NCBI RefSeq assembly: GCF_013365475.1
Contig: NZ_CP046579.1
Location: forward strand, 510,001-542,000
Source of the DNA: Candidatus Saccharimonadota bacterium
GTDB lineage: Bacteria > Pseudomonadota > Alphaproteobacteria > Rickettsiales > Anaplasmataceae
Direction: 5' to 3'
DNA: 32,000 nt
The position numbers and the translations under genes are program-made. The notes below the pieces were generated by a model. The model saw only the letters and a list, made by a program, of their open reading frames with translations, made no database searches and was not told the origin of the DNA. Below are positions 11,801 through 19,010 of the stretch, in pieces; the stretch's first letter is position 1, and every line of letters starts with the position of its first letter.

Positions 11801-11850
11801 AAGCAAAATATAAATAATAAAGCTAAAAAAAATAATGCATTCTTAAGCAT
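8803..11850 (-). CDS. Large AsmA-like / YhdP-type (DUF3971-like) envelope protein with an N-terminal membrane anchor
   Basis: 1015-aa ORF with one N-terminal hydrophobic helix (ALFFLALLFIFCFFILF) followed by a long, N/K/I/S-rich, beta-prone body. The C-terminal block (GQVIPAYLINKFLLKIPIIGKFLTGGKSRGIISIDYKASG...VSVNPIFSLTPSLFKRL) resembles the conserved C-terminus of AsmA/YhdP-family proteins. The family assignment is from motif memory, not a search. Confidence 0.65.
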   Translation of the reverse strand: MLKNALFFLALLFIFCFFILFKKNDSLEINNNYINFYIKKKISKMFANANIDMESISVVWQKGIKDICLVVTDLKITNQALAVKISNFSAHFKLSSLFKTNMQFSQILADKIYIRICPTTVVPAHDSGIQEKRKWVTVPADLMIIDWTADNKKKSDSKTIDFNFQSFLKAIRKLFLKLSTDSKIEITNISIHKDMGSKFFINKVYIGKGENFDTLDVYIRTKDKKGVLDNLSIVIKNCNGLLDMHGKFYNLKLESLSWFITLVKDYNLCKDIGFKGTFSIRINENDEVIDGNIYVLNNIESSVSKGLPMTDVNINLTYGDRIISIKSFHFNLDNIYLSLIGKINFNTNNALLMVNISRLTTRDLCTYVPDGIVNNKFKKWYCNHIGGDIVNIITNFNGKINSLINNNDLSDIMIVADIENGSIKFDENSKQVKELNGNLTLKNNDLKITVNSAKFQNFIINAGQIEMNSLNKEDSVLIINGQAVSDVYGLYEHIKFKLDDIIQVTSDKINGRAESVFSLRIFNLNSGNKKADFLASFNSKIDNLVIYGASLGNYDIKLDFGRDFIDFHGSGMVNNTQLLFDLKSSNKNKGLSWNLTGDLPAKILNLDSGHINANIESMINPDKTGYINGSIDLSKLELSLSCLGQKKYSNTHNKIVFSTRLNGIGKLLIDSLDVIGNGLDIRFSGKLENGNLHLNSSNFMLPNSDLSVKIKSSKEKNVITILGKKVNLGNILDFFSKDNNKLSRDIGIEIDMNVDNIIMKEDIIIKDAKLALICTKGSCNGSRFTGQFLKDSGNIFAEYSGVGLEIYTDNSGMFLRSLGISKSVKNGKLSFYLSSQRENGERYGMLSISNFYIKDAPLLTTLLSMSSLPGIVNVIKNEGVYFDKYNAPFLYKSGLIKIEESWVEGAELGISTSGKIDIKDHKFQVEGQVIPAYLINKFLLKIPIIGKFLTGGKSRGIISIDYKASGDNKNNNVSVNPIFSLTPSLFKRLLEVFDSAMTKTNDALTKGLKRKSKPT

Positions 11851-12280
11851 CTACTATTGCTTTTCTCGCTAAACTATCAGCCTCCTCATTGTACATATTA
11901 TCACTATGTGCTTTAACCCACTTCCAATCAATCTCATGTTGTAAGATAACACTATCCAACTCCTTCCATAACTCTATGTTCTTCACTGACTTTTTATTGC
12001 TTGTTTTCCAACCGTTTATTTTCCATCTGTTTACCCATTTTGTTATACCATGTTTAACATAAAAACTATCTGTATATAAACTAACATTACAAGGGAACCT
12101 TAACACCTTTAGCCCATTGATTACTGCTGTTAACTCCATTCTATTGTTTGTAGTATTTTCTTCTCTACCAAAAATATTCTTTCTATGACCTTTGAATAGT
12201 ACTATTACCGCCCATCCTCCTGTCCCTGGATTACCAGAACAGGCTCCATCTGTGTATATTGTTACTTCCTTTTTGTTCAT
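11843..12280 (-). CDS. rnhA: Ribonuclease HI
   Basis: 145-aa ORF with RNase H motifs IYTDGACSGNPGTGGWA, TNNRMEL, YTDS and WVKAHSD..NEEAD. Its last 8 nt overlap the start of the downstream AsmA-like gene. Confidence 0.9.
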   Translation of the reverse strand: MNKKEVTIYTDGACSGNPGTGGWAVIVLFKGHRKNIFGREENTTNNRMELTAVINGLKVLRFPCNVSLYTDSFYVKHGITKWVNRWKINGWKTSNKKSVKNIELWKELDSVILQHEIDWKWVKAHSDNMYNEEADSLARKAIVDA

Positions 12281-12362
12281 CTTTTTACTATGTAGATAGA
12301 TAAAGTATATATTTGCTTCTACGAAAGTTCAATTTTAATGAGATTTATATGCTAAGGCAAAC

Positions 12363-12470
12363 TTAAACTGTATTTTTAAGTTTTACTATAGAAACAAAAA
12401 AAAGCCCAACAACGAGCAACATTAATAGAAAAAGCAAAAAGTAGTTTTTATATTTCTGCTGTTCTTTCAT
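12363..12470 (-). CDS. Hypothetical 35-aa single-pass membrane peptide immediately downstream of ctaB (speculative)
   Basis: ATG at 12470-12468 lies 2 nt after the ctaB stop. The translation is MKEQQKYKNYFLLFLLMLLVVGLFFVSIVKLKNTV, a polar head followed by a ~20-residue hydrophobic helix. It is below the ORF-track cutoff, has no clear SD, and could be chance in AT-rich DNA. Confidence 0.2.
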   Translation of the reverse strand: MKEQQKYKNYFLLFLLMLLVVGLFFVSIVKLKNTV

Positions 12471-12472
12471 AT

Positions 12473-13360
12473 CTAGAACCAATCGATAGAGCAAAAAATA
12501 ATACTAGCAAACAAAGAAAATAGGTAAGAAATTGAATAAGAAAACATTCTTTTTTGTGAATGGTAATCCTTGAACTTAATAATAGATATAGCATACCAAA
12601 TAAAAACACAACCTTCAAGAATTGCTATACTCAGGTAAAGTAGAACATTTTTTAAAAACAGTGATGGAAGTAAGCTAATTAACACTAAAAGTATACTATA
12701 AATTAGTATATATTTTCTTGTTCTCTCTGATCCGTAAACAACATTAAACATTGGAATTGATGCTTTTGCATATTCTTCAGACTTGTTTAAAGACAGAGAC
12801 CAAAAGTGTGGTGGAGTCCATATAAAAATTATTAAAAATAGAATAAAACTCTCCCAACTAACAGCATTAGTTACGGTTGCCCAACCAATCATTGGAGAGA
12901 AAGCACCTGATGCGCCACCGATAACAATATTTTGCGGGGTGCGTCTTTTAAGCCAAAATGTGTATATAAAAACATAAAATAATATGCTAACTGCAAGTAA
13001 AACAGCAGAAATATAATTTACTGCTACTGCCATAATAAATACTGACAATATTCCAAGAATAGCCCCAAATGCAAGAGCGCTTTCTGCAGAAACTTTACCA
13101 GAAGGTATAGGACGACTTTGTGTCCTCTCCATAAGTAGATCTATATCCCTGTCATACCACATATTTATTACTCCTGCAGACCCTGAGCCAAGAGCAATAC
13201 ATATGATAGATATTAGTGCAAGAAAAGGATGTATACTATCTGGAGCAACAACTACTCCAGCGACTGCAGTAAATACTACAAGGCACATTATCTTTGGTTT
13301 TAGCAAACACAAAAAATCTAGTATTGTTGACTCAATATTCAATAAGGTACCTGTATACAT
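12473..13360 (-). CDS. ctaB: Protoheme IX farnesyltransferase (heme O synthase)
   Basis: 295-aa UbiA-family polytopic ORF with the Asp-rich motif [26 protein letters not shown] 13360 directly abuts the coxA stop at 13361-13363. Confidence 0.9.
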   Translation of the reverse strand: MYTGTLLNIESTILDFLCLLKPKIMCLVVFTAVAGVVVAPDSIHPFLALISIICIALGSGSAGVINMWYDRDIDLLMERTQSRPIPSGKVSAESALAFGAILGILSVFIMAVAVNYISAVLLAVSILFYVFIYTFWLKRRTPQNIVIGGASGAFSPMIGWATVTNAVSWESFILFLIIFIWTPPHFWSLSLNKSEEYAKASIPMFNVVYGSERTRKYILIYSILLVLISLLPSLFLKNVLLYLSIAILEGCVFIWYAISIIKFKDYHSQKRMFSYSISYLFSLFASIIFCSIDWF

Positions 13361-14910
13361 TTATTTTATCACTGGCGGTTTTTCGAAGGTGTGGAAAGGT
13401 GGAGGTGAAGATACTGTCCATTCTAAAGTATTACCTCCCCAAGGATTATCTTCAACTTTTTTACCCCATTTGAATAGATGTATAATTATAAATATAAAAA
13501 GGACAACTGAAGAGAAAGACATGTATGATCCAATTGATGATACATAATTCCAAGGAATAAATGCATCAGGATAATCAGGTATACGTCTTGGCATACCTGC
13601 TAGTCCCAAGAAATGTTGGGGGAAAAAAGTAATATTGGTACTAATAAAGGTAAGCCAAAAGTGTATTTTCCCTAGGCATTCATTGTATTGCTTACCTGAC
13701 ATCTTGCCTATCCAGTAGTAAAAGCCAGAAAAAACTGCGAATAACACAGCTAGTGACATAACATAATGAAAGTGAGCGACAACATAATATGTATCGTGCA
13801 ATAATCTATCTACTCCACCTTGAGATAGAACTATTCCAGTTACACCCCCACCAGTAAACATAAAAATAAAACCTAATGCAAACAGCATAGGAGTTTTGAG
13901 CTCAATTGCCCCACCCCACATAGTTGCAATCCAACTAAAGACTTTTATACCAGTGATAACACCAATGAAGATTGTACTAGTACTAAAAAATATAACTGCA
14001 TCTTTACTAAGTCCAACAGTAAACATGTGATGAGCCCAGACCATAAATCCAAACACTGCTATACCTATCATAGCATAAATCATTCCCATATGACCAAACA
14101 CTGGTCTATGAGAGAAAGTTGATACGACTTGACTTATTATGCCAAATGCAGGGAAGATAATGATATAAACTTCTGGATGACCAAAAAACCAAAATAGATG
14201 TTGAAATAATACAGGGTCACCACCACCAGCAGGATCGAAAAAGGAAGTACCAATATTACGGTCAGTAAGTAGCATAGTTATAGCACCGGCAAGTACAGGT
14301 AAAGCAATAATTAGCATAAATGATGTCAATAAGATTGACCAAACGAATAATGGCATTTTGGTCAATAGCATACCTTTTATGCGCATATTGAGTATAGTAA
14401 CTATGAAGTTAATTGCTCCAACAATTGATGATATACCAGCAATATGAAGTGCAAATATAGCAAGATCAACTCCTGTACTTGGATGGAATATAATTTGTGA
14501 TAAGGGTGGATATAAAGTCCATCCTGTTCCTGGCCCTTCACCAGCAAATGTTGAAAAAATAAGCAGAATAAAAGATGATACTAATAACCAGAAACTCAGA
14601 TTATTCATACGAGGGAATGCCATATCTGGTGAACCAATCATAAGAGGTACAAACCAATTACCAAATCCCCCATTAGAGCTGGCATTATCATAAAGAATAG
14701 CATTATTATTGCATGTCCTGTAACCATTACATTGTACATTTGATAATTGTTGTTAAGTATATTAACGTGCATTAGCTGAGTACGAATAACTATTGATAAC
14801 AACCCACCAATAATCCCAGTTAATATAGAAAAAATAATATATAGTGTCCCTATATCCTTATGGTTAGTAGAAAATAACCAACGCCTTATACCTTTTGGTA
14901 TATCACTCAT
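13361..14910 (-). CDS. coxA: Cytochrome c oxidase subunit I, reading frame interrupted as sequenced by a 1-nt shift in a G5 run (C5 on + strand, 14667-14671); the repaired length would be ~516 aa
   Basis: Track ORFs 14638-14922 and 13361-14641 are the N- and C-terminal parts of one CoxA. The N part ends ...MPALMG then goes out of frame. The -1 frame continues [23 protein letters not shown]. Motifs [16 protein letters not shown] and VAHFHYV are present. The likely true start is ATG 14910 (MSDIPKG) with GGAGA 5-6 nt upstream; the track start at 14922 is TTG. Confidence 0.85.
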
Positions 14911-14924
14911 GCCTGTCTCCAAAT

Positions 14925-15686
14925 TTAACTTGCTAATTTTTTGCTTTCAATCCATTCATTGAAATCTTTCTTACTCACTGCCTTAACAACAATTGGCATG
15001 AATCCATGGCCTTGACCACATAATTCATAACATTGCCCGTAGTAAATACCAGGGTTTTTGACATTAAACCATGCTTCATTTAACCTTCCTGGTATTGCAT
15101 CGACTTTTATGCCGAAAGCTGGTATTCCCCAACTATGTATTACATCCCCTGCAGTAACTTGCAGACGAATATTAGTATCAATAGGTAAAACAACATTATT
15201 GTCAACAGAAAATAGCTTTAAATCTTCTTTAGCAAAATCATTTGCTTCCTTGATATAACTATCAAATGACATTTGGTATTCAGGATACTGATAGCTCCAA
15301 TACCACTGGTGGCCAATAACCTTCAAGGTTATATCAGACTTTGGTATTTTTTCTTGTAGCTTAATTAATTGAGCATTCTTAAATGCTAACACACCAACAA
15401 TAATCGTTGGTATAATAAACCAGGCAATTTCTAAGGTGACATTATGATTTGTTTGGCTTATATTTATAACTTTATTTTTGCGAAATCGGAATATCACATA
15501 AGCAAGTAGCATCCATATAAGAAACATTATCCCAACCATTACAGCAGTGACAAATGAATGTGCCCTAACTATAACTTCCATCATTTCAGTTGCAGGTTTA
15601 GGAAATCCTAATTGCCAAGGAGTAGGAAAAGAAGCAATTGATATGTTTGAATAAAAGACTATCAATAATGCAAACAACCTTGACAT
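14925..15686 (-). CDS. coxB: Cytochrome c oxidase subunit II
   Basis: 253-aa ORF with two N-terminal helices and the CuA centre motif HSWGIPAFG...CYELCGQGHGFMP. Confidence 0.9.
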   Translation of the reverse strand: MSRLFALLIVFYSNISIASFPTPWQLGFPKPATEMMEVIVRAHSFVTAVMVGIMFLIWMLLAYVIFRFRKNKVINISQTNHNVTLEIAWFIIPTIIVGVLAFKNAQLIKLQEKIPKSDITLKVIGHQWYWSYQYPEYQMSFDSYIKEANDFAKEDLKLFSVDNNVVLPIDTNIRLQVTAGDVIHSWGIPAFGIKVDAIPGRLNEAWFNVKNPGIYYGQCYELCGQGHGFMPIVVKAVSKKDFNEWIESKKLAS

Positions 15687-15968
15687 ACTTATTTATTAGT
15701 AATGGTGTAAAACTAACTATATAATATTGTATACAAATTTGTTATGCAATAAAGATTAGTGATTTTTAATATCCAGTGTTATAAAAAATATAGCCCTAAT
15801 GAAGGGGGATCGTATTTATCTTGAGCTATGCTATAATGATATCTGTTGTTGCTAGTAATTTTCTAGCTTCAAACTCAAAAGCAGTGATAGGCTTATTAAG
15901 CTTTTTATTTTTACTTGTACCCATTTGTTTAGAATGGGAGCATTCCTATGGTATAGCAAAATGCGTAA

Positions 15969-17408
15969 CTATCTTTCTATAAAAGACCTATCAATCGTTG
16001 CAATTATAGGTGTAAATAAGAATGACAAAAGTGTGCGTGATTGAGTGACTATGTATACTTCTACTGGCATACCAGGATATAGGTACACATTTTTAAACTG
16101 AGCAAGTTCTGACTTTGGTATCATTATACGCACTGAATAATAACGTCCTAACCTTTGATCATCAAGAGCATCAGGAGAGATATGGCTTACTATGCCATTA
16201 ATCAAACTCAAACGACGTGCATTATATGCACTCAGTCTCACTTTGACTTTTAACCCCTTTAATCCGTCAATAGAGACTATGTTGCTGTCTTTTTTTTGCG
16301 CTGATATTATTTCTTCTATATTTCTTGTCTGAATCTTAGTGTCTATCATAAGATCATCATTGGAAGGTACTACGCTCATAACTGGCACTCCAGATTGTAT
16401 AACACCGCCTTCAGTGTGATATCTTATGTCTGTAACTATTCCATCCTGAGGTGACCTAATTACTGTATGTGCTAACGTGTCTTCTGCAACCATTAGCCTC
16501 TCTCTTAAGTCAGCAATAGATATAGCAATTTCCTTGAGTTCTGTATTTGCTTTTTCTTGAGAATCATTTCTTATGTTTAAAATTTCTAATTCGTTCTCTC
16601 CAATTTTTTGCTGCGTTTGAGATATTGCAGTGCGATAATGACCGACTCTACCATTAATCTCAGCAAGCTGCTTTTCTAGAGCTAAAATATTTGGTTTACC
16701 AATATATCCATTGCTAAGAAGCTGTCTTTTTATTTCCAATTCCTCAACTATTAATTTACATTGCTTTAGAGCTGCGTCCAATTGATAGTTTAGCCCTACT
16801 AACTCATCATGTAGCTGCCTTATGCGCAGTTGTAGTATGTTAGTTTTTCCTAATATGCTACTGCAATGAGAATAGAATAATTTTATCTGATTTTTTACTA
16901 CTTTATTTACGAGCTCACTCTTAGTCAATTTTTTGACTTCATCAGGAAAATTAATTTTATCTAATCCTTCTCTAATAGAGATTAGTCTTGATTCATTTGC
17001 TAAAAGCGATAAGAGCTTTTCTTTGATTATATTTAGATTCGCCTTTTCATTAATATCATTTAGCAAAACTAAAGGCTCATCTTTCTTAACTATTTGACCT
17101 TCTCTGACTAGAATCTTTTTTATTACTCCGCCTCCTAAATGCTGAATTACCTTTCTATTTGAAGATACAACGACCTCTCCATTTGCACGTACTGCACCAT
17201 CAATTGGAGCTATAGCTGCCCAAATACCACCTATTCCAAAGAAAATGACTATTATTACCAGGCCAAAAAATAGTGGTCCACGTGTTACTCTCAAGACCTC
17301 GTTTGAGTGATTCCTCTCAAGGTTTAAAATAAAACTTGTTATTGTGTCAATTAATATAAAAGTTCTATCCAAAAATTTTAGTTTTTTTTTCTTTTTTATC
17401 ACTTGCAT
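15969..17408 (-). CDS. Type I secretion membrane fusion protein, HlyD family
   Basis: The ORF has an N-terminal anchor (LFFGLVIIVIFFGIGGIWAAIAPI), a long coiled-coil middle and a C-terminal barrel region typical of HlyD/AprE MFPs. The track start at 17444 is TTG, so I use the first ATG at 17408 (MQVIKKKKK). Confidence 0.85.
   Translation of the reverse strand: MQVIKKKKKLKFLDRTFILIDTITSFILNLERNHSNEVLRVTRGPLFFGLVIIVIFFGIGGIWAAIAPIDGAVRANGEVVVSSNRKVIQHLGGGVIKKILVREGQIVKKDEPLVLLNDINEKANLNIIKEKLLSLLANESRLISIREGLDKINFPDEVKKLTKSELVNKVVKNQIKLFYSHCSSILGKTNILQLRIRQLHDELVGLNYQLDAALKQCKLIVEELEIKRQLLSNGYIGKPNILALEKQLAEINGRVGHYRTAISQTQQKIGENELEILNIRNDSQEKANTELKEIAISIADLRERLMVAEDTLAHTVIRSPQDGIVTDIRYHTEGGVIQSGVPVMSVVPSNDDLMIDTKIQTRNIEEIISAQKKDSNIVSIDGLKGLKVKVRLSAYNARRLSLINGIVSHISPDALDDQRLGRYYSVRIMIPKSELAQFKNVYLYPGMPVEVYIVTQSRTLLSFLFTPIIATIDRSFIER
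16782..16888 (-). repeat. Copy A of a perfect 107-bp inverted repeat (inside the HlyD-family CDS, codons ~174-209)
   Basis: Base-by-base comparison shows the reverse complement of 16782-16888 equals 18877-18983, 107/107. Confidence 0.9.
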
Positions 17409-17414
17409 ATTTAT

Positions 17415-17444
17415 ATTATCACTATAGATAAAAAACCATGTCAA
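17415..17444 (-). promoter_or_regulatory. Candidate promoter for the HlyD-family gene, which would give a near-leaderless mRNA
   Basis: On the minus strand: TTGACA (17444-17439), an 18-nt spacer, then GATAAT (17420-17415), only 6 nt before ATG 17408. This is a motif match only. Confidence 0.25.
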
Positions 17445-17697
17445 AGAAAATAAGACACAAGTTTGCTTATTCAGTAAATACTACTGTTGACATATAGGAT
17501 TACATCTAAAAATTAAAGTATGTGACTCAAGCACATAACTTAGACTGTTTTGTACTTTGGATAAACCGTTTAGTAATAATCTGTACTATACTTAGCATGA
17601 ATTGAGCTCTTGTAAGTATTAAACCATTTATGCATGTAAAAAATGCATTGCTAATTAAACAATGTTCTGTTAGTAATATCAGGAAAACAAAATCATT

Positions 17698-18432
17698 ATG
17701 TTCCAATTGGAAGGCAGGAAATTTCTCGTTACTGGTGCTTCAGGTGGGATAGGCCAAGCAATTGTAGGGATTATGCATAAAGCTGGAACAACTTTATGTA
17801 TCTCTGGTACAAAGAGAGAGATCCTTGAAGGAATTGCTAAGCAGTACAAAAAGAACATACACGTACTTCCTTGCAATTTATTAAGTACTGAGGAAGTAAA
17901 TAATTTAATAGAAAGAGCAAGCGAATTGATGACAGGTTTTGATGGGCTTATATGCAATGCAGGCATTACACAAGATAGGTTACTACTAAAAATGACAGAT
18001 GAAGCATGGCAAAAAGTAATTGATATAAACTTGAGCTCTACATTTAAGTTGAGTAGAGAAGCGTGTAAAAAATTAATTAAAAATAACTGGGGAAGGATTA
18101 TAAATATTTCTTCAATAGTAGGGTTAACAGGAAATGCTGGACAAGCAAATTACGCAGCAGCGAAAGCTGGAATAATAGCTATGAGTAAATCTATAGCAAA
18201 AGAAGTTGCAAGTCGAAATATAACAGTTAATTGTATTGCTCCTGGGTTTATAGATACTAAGATGACTGGAGGTTTAACTAAAGAACAAAAAAGAAAAATA
18301 ATAGATAATATCCCGATGAAAAAGATTGGAACTGCAGAAGAAGTAGCAGCAGGTGTTTTATTTTTAGCAAGCAATGAAGCAAAATATATCACAGGTCATG
18401 TATTAAATATTAATGGCGGCTTATTTATGTAG
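17698..18432 (+). CDS. fabG: 3-oxoacyl-[acyl-carrier-protein] reductase (SDR family)
   Basis: 244-aa ORF with the cofactor motif TGASGGIGQAI, the NAG motif and the catalytic YAAAKAG (YxxxK). Length and end (INGGLFM) are typical of FabG. Confidence 0.85.
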   Translation: MFQLEGRKFLVTGASGGIGQAIVGIMHKAGTTLCISGTKREILEGIAKQYKKNIHVLPCNLLSTEEVNNLIERASELMTGFDGLICNAGITQDRLLLKMTDEAWQKVIDINLSSTFKLSREACKKLIKNNWGRIINISSIVGLTGNAGQANYAAAKAGIIAMSKSIAKEVASRNITVNCIAPGFIDTKMTGGLTKEQKRKIIDNIPMKKIGTAEEVAAGVLFLASNEAKYITGHVLNINGGLFM

Positions 18433-18511
18433 AGCACCATTATTTATATAGTCTATAGACAAGTTGTAGACTTTGCTTTAAAATAAAATGTGTATAAACT
18501 AAAATGAGGAA

Positions 18512-18859
18512 ATGGGCTCTGTAATAAGAAAAATTTTTAATATCTTGTATGCGGCACTACTTCTTTCAGGTTACCCAACTACCTCAGATGCTGGAAGTAG
18601 CGATATAGATGATACAACTGCTCAAGTAATATGCAATATTATTGGTTATATTTGGGGGATAGGTGGTCCACTCATGACTGTAGTAATAATTGGTGCATCT
18701 TTGCTTGCAATATTCGGTAGGATGCCTTGGCCAGCCCTGTTTGCTTTAGGGATGTTTTGTGGTGTATTTTTCGGTGCTAAGGCAATTATAATGAAAGTTA
18801 TACCTAACATGAATGATAGTGTAAAGATTATGCTAGAAAACTGCGGAACGAAAAAATAG
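18512..18859 (+). CDS. TrbC/VirB2-family type IV secretion pilin-like protein
   Basis: 115-aa ORF with a good RBS (GAGGAA 2-3 nt upstream). It has a signal-like N-terminus ending TTSDA, then two hydrophobic helices separated by a short basic loop (LLAIFGRMPWPALFALGMFCGVFFGAKAI), which is the VirB2 pilin architecture. Confidence 0.6.
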   Translation: MGSVIRKIFNILYAALLLSGYPTTSDAGSSDIDDTTAQVICNIIGYIWGIGGPLMTVVIIGASLLAIFGRMPWPALFALGMFCGVFFGAKAIIMKVIPNMNDSVKIMLENCGTKK

Positions 18860-18876
18860 TAAAAGTAAAAAGGATT

Positions 18877-18983
18877 AGATAAAATTATTCTATTCTCATT
18901 GCAGTAGCATATTAGGAAAAACTAACATACTACAACTGCGCATAAGGCAGCTACATGATGAGTTAGTAGGGCTAAACTATCAA
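18877..18983 (+). repeat. Copy B of the 107-bp inverted repeat: an untranslated fragment of the HlyD-family gene (sense orientation on the + strand) in the virB2-like/ribB spacer
   Basis: Identical to the reverse complement of 16782-16888. It would encode IKLFYSHCSSILGKTNILQLRIRQLHDELVGLNYQ, but a TAG closes the frame at 18876-18878 and there is no in-frame ATG. Confidence 0.9.
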
Positions 18984-19010
18984 CATTTTTCATATATTTT
19001 CGATACTAGC

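Noticed and set aside
13361-14922. Treating 14638-14922 and 13361-14641 as two separate genes
   Set aside because: Together they reconstitute one colinear CoxA across the conserved [13 protein letters not shown] block. The split is a single-base frame change, not two genes.
15836-15982. 48-aa + strand ORF (MISVVASNFLASNSKAVIGLLSFLFLLVPICLEWEHSYGIAKCVTIFL) between coxB and the HlyD-family gene
   Set aside because: It is hydrophobic but short and lacks an RBS. Its ATG overlaps a TATAAT-like string and its end runs 14 nt into the convergent HlyD-family CDS. It cannot be distinguished from chance without conservation data.
17409-17444. N-terminal extensions in the ORF track for the HlyD-family gene (17444), atpA (21719), coxA (14922) and greA (20171)
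   Set aside because: These starts are TTG or GTG codons translated as M. In each case an ATG a few codons downstream gives the conserved N-terminus (MQVIKK, MKDSINA, MSDIPKG, MTSSVIKK), in two cases with a better RBS.
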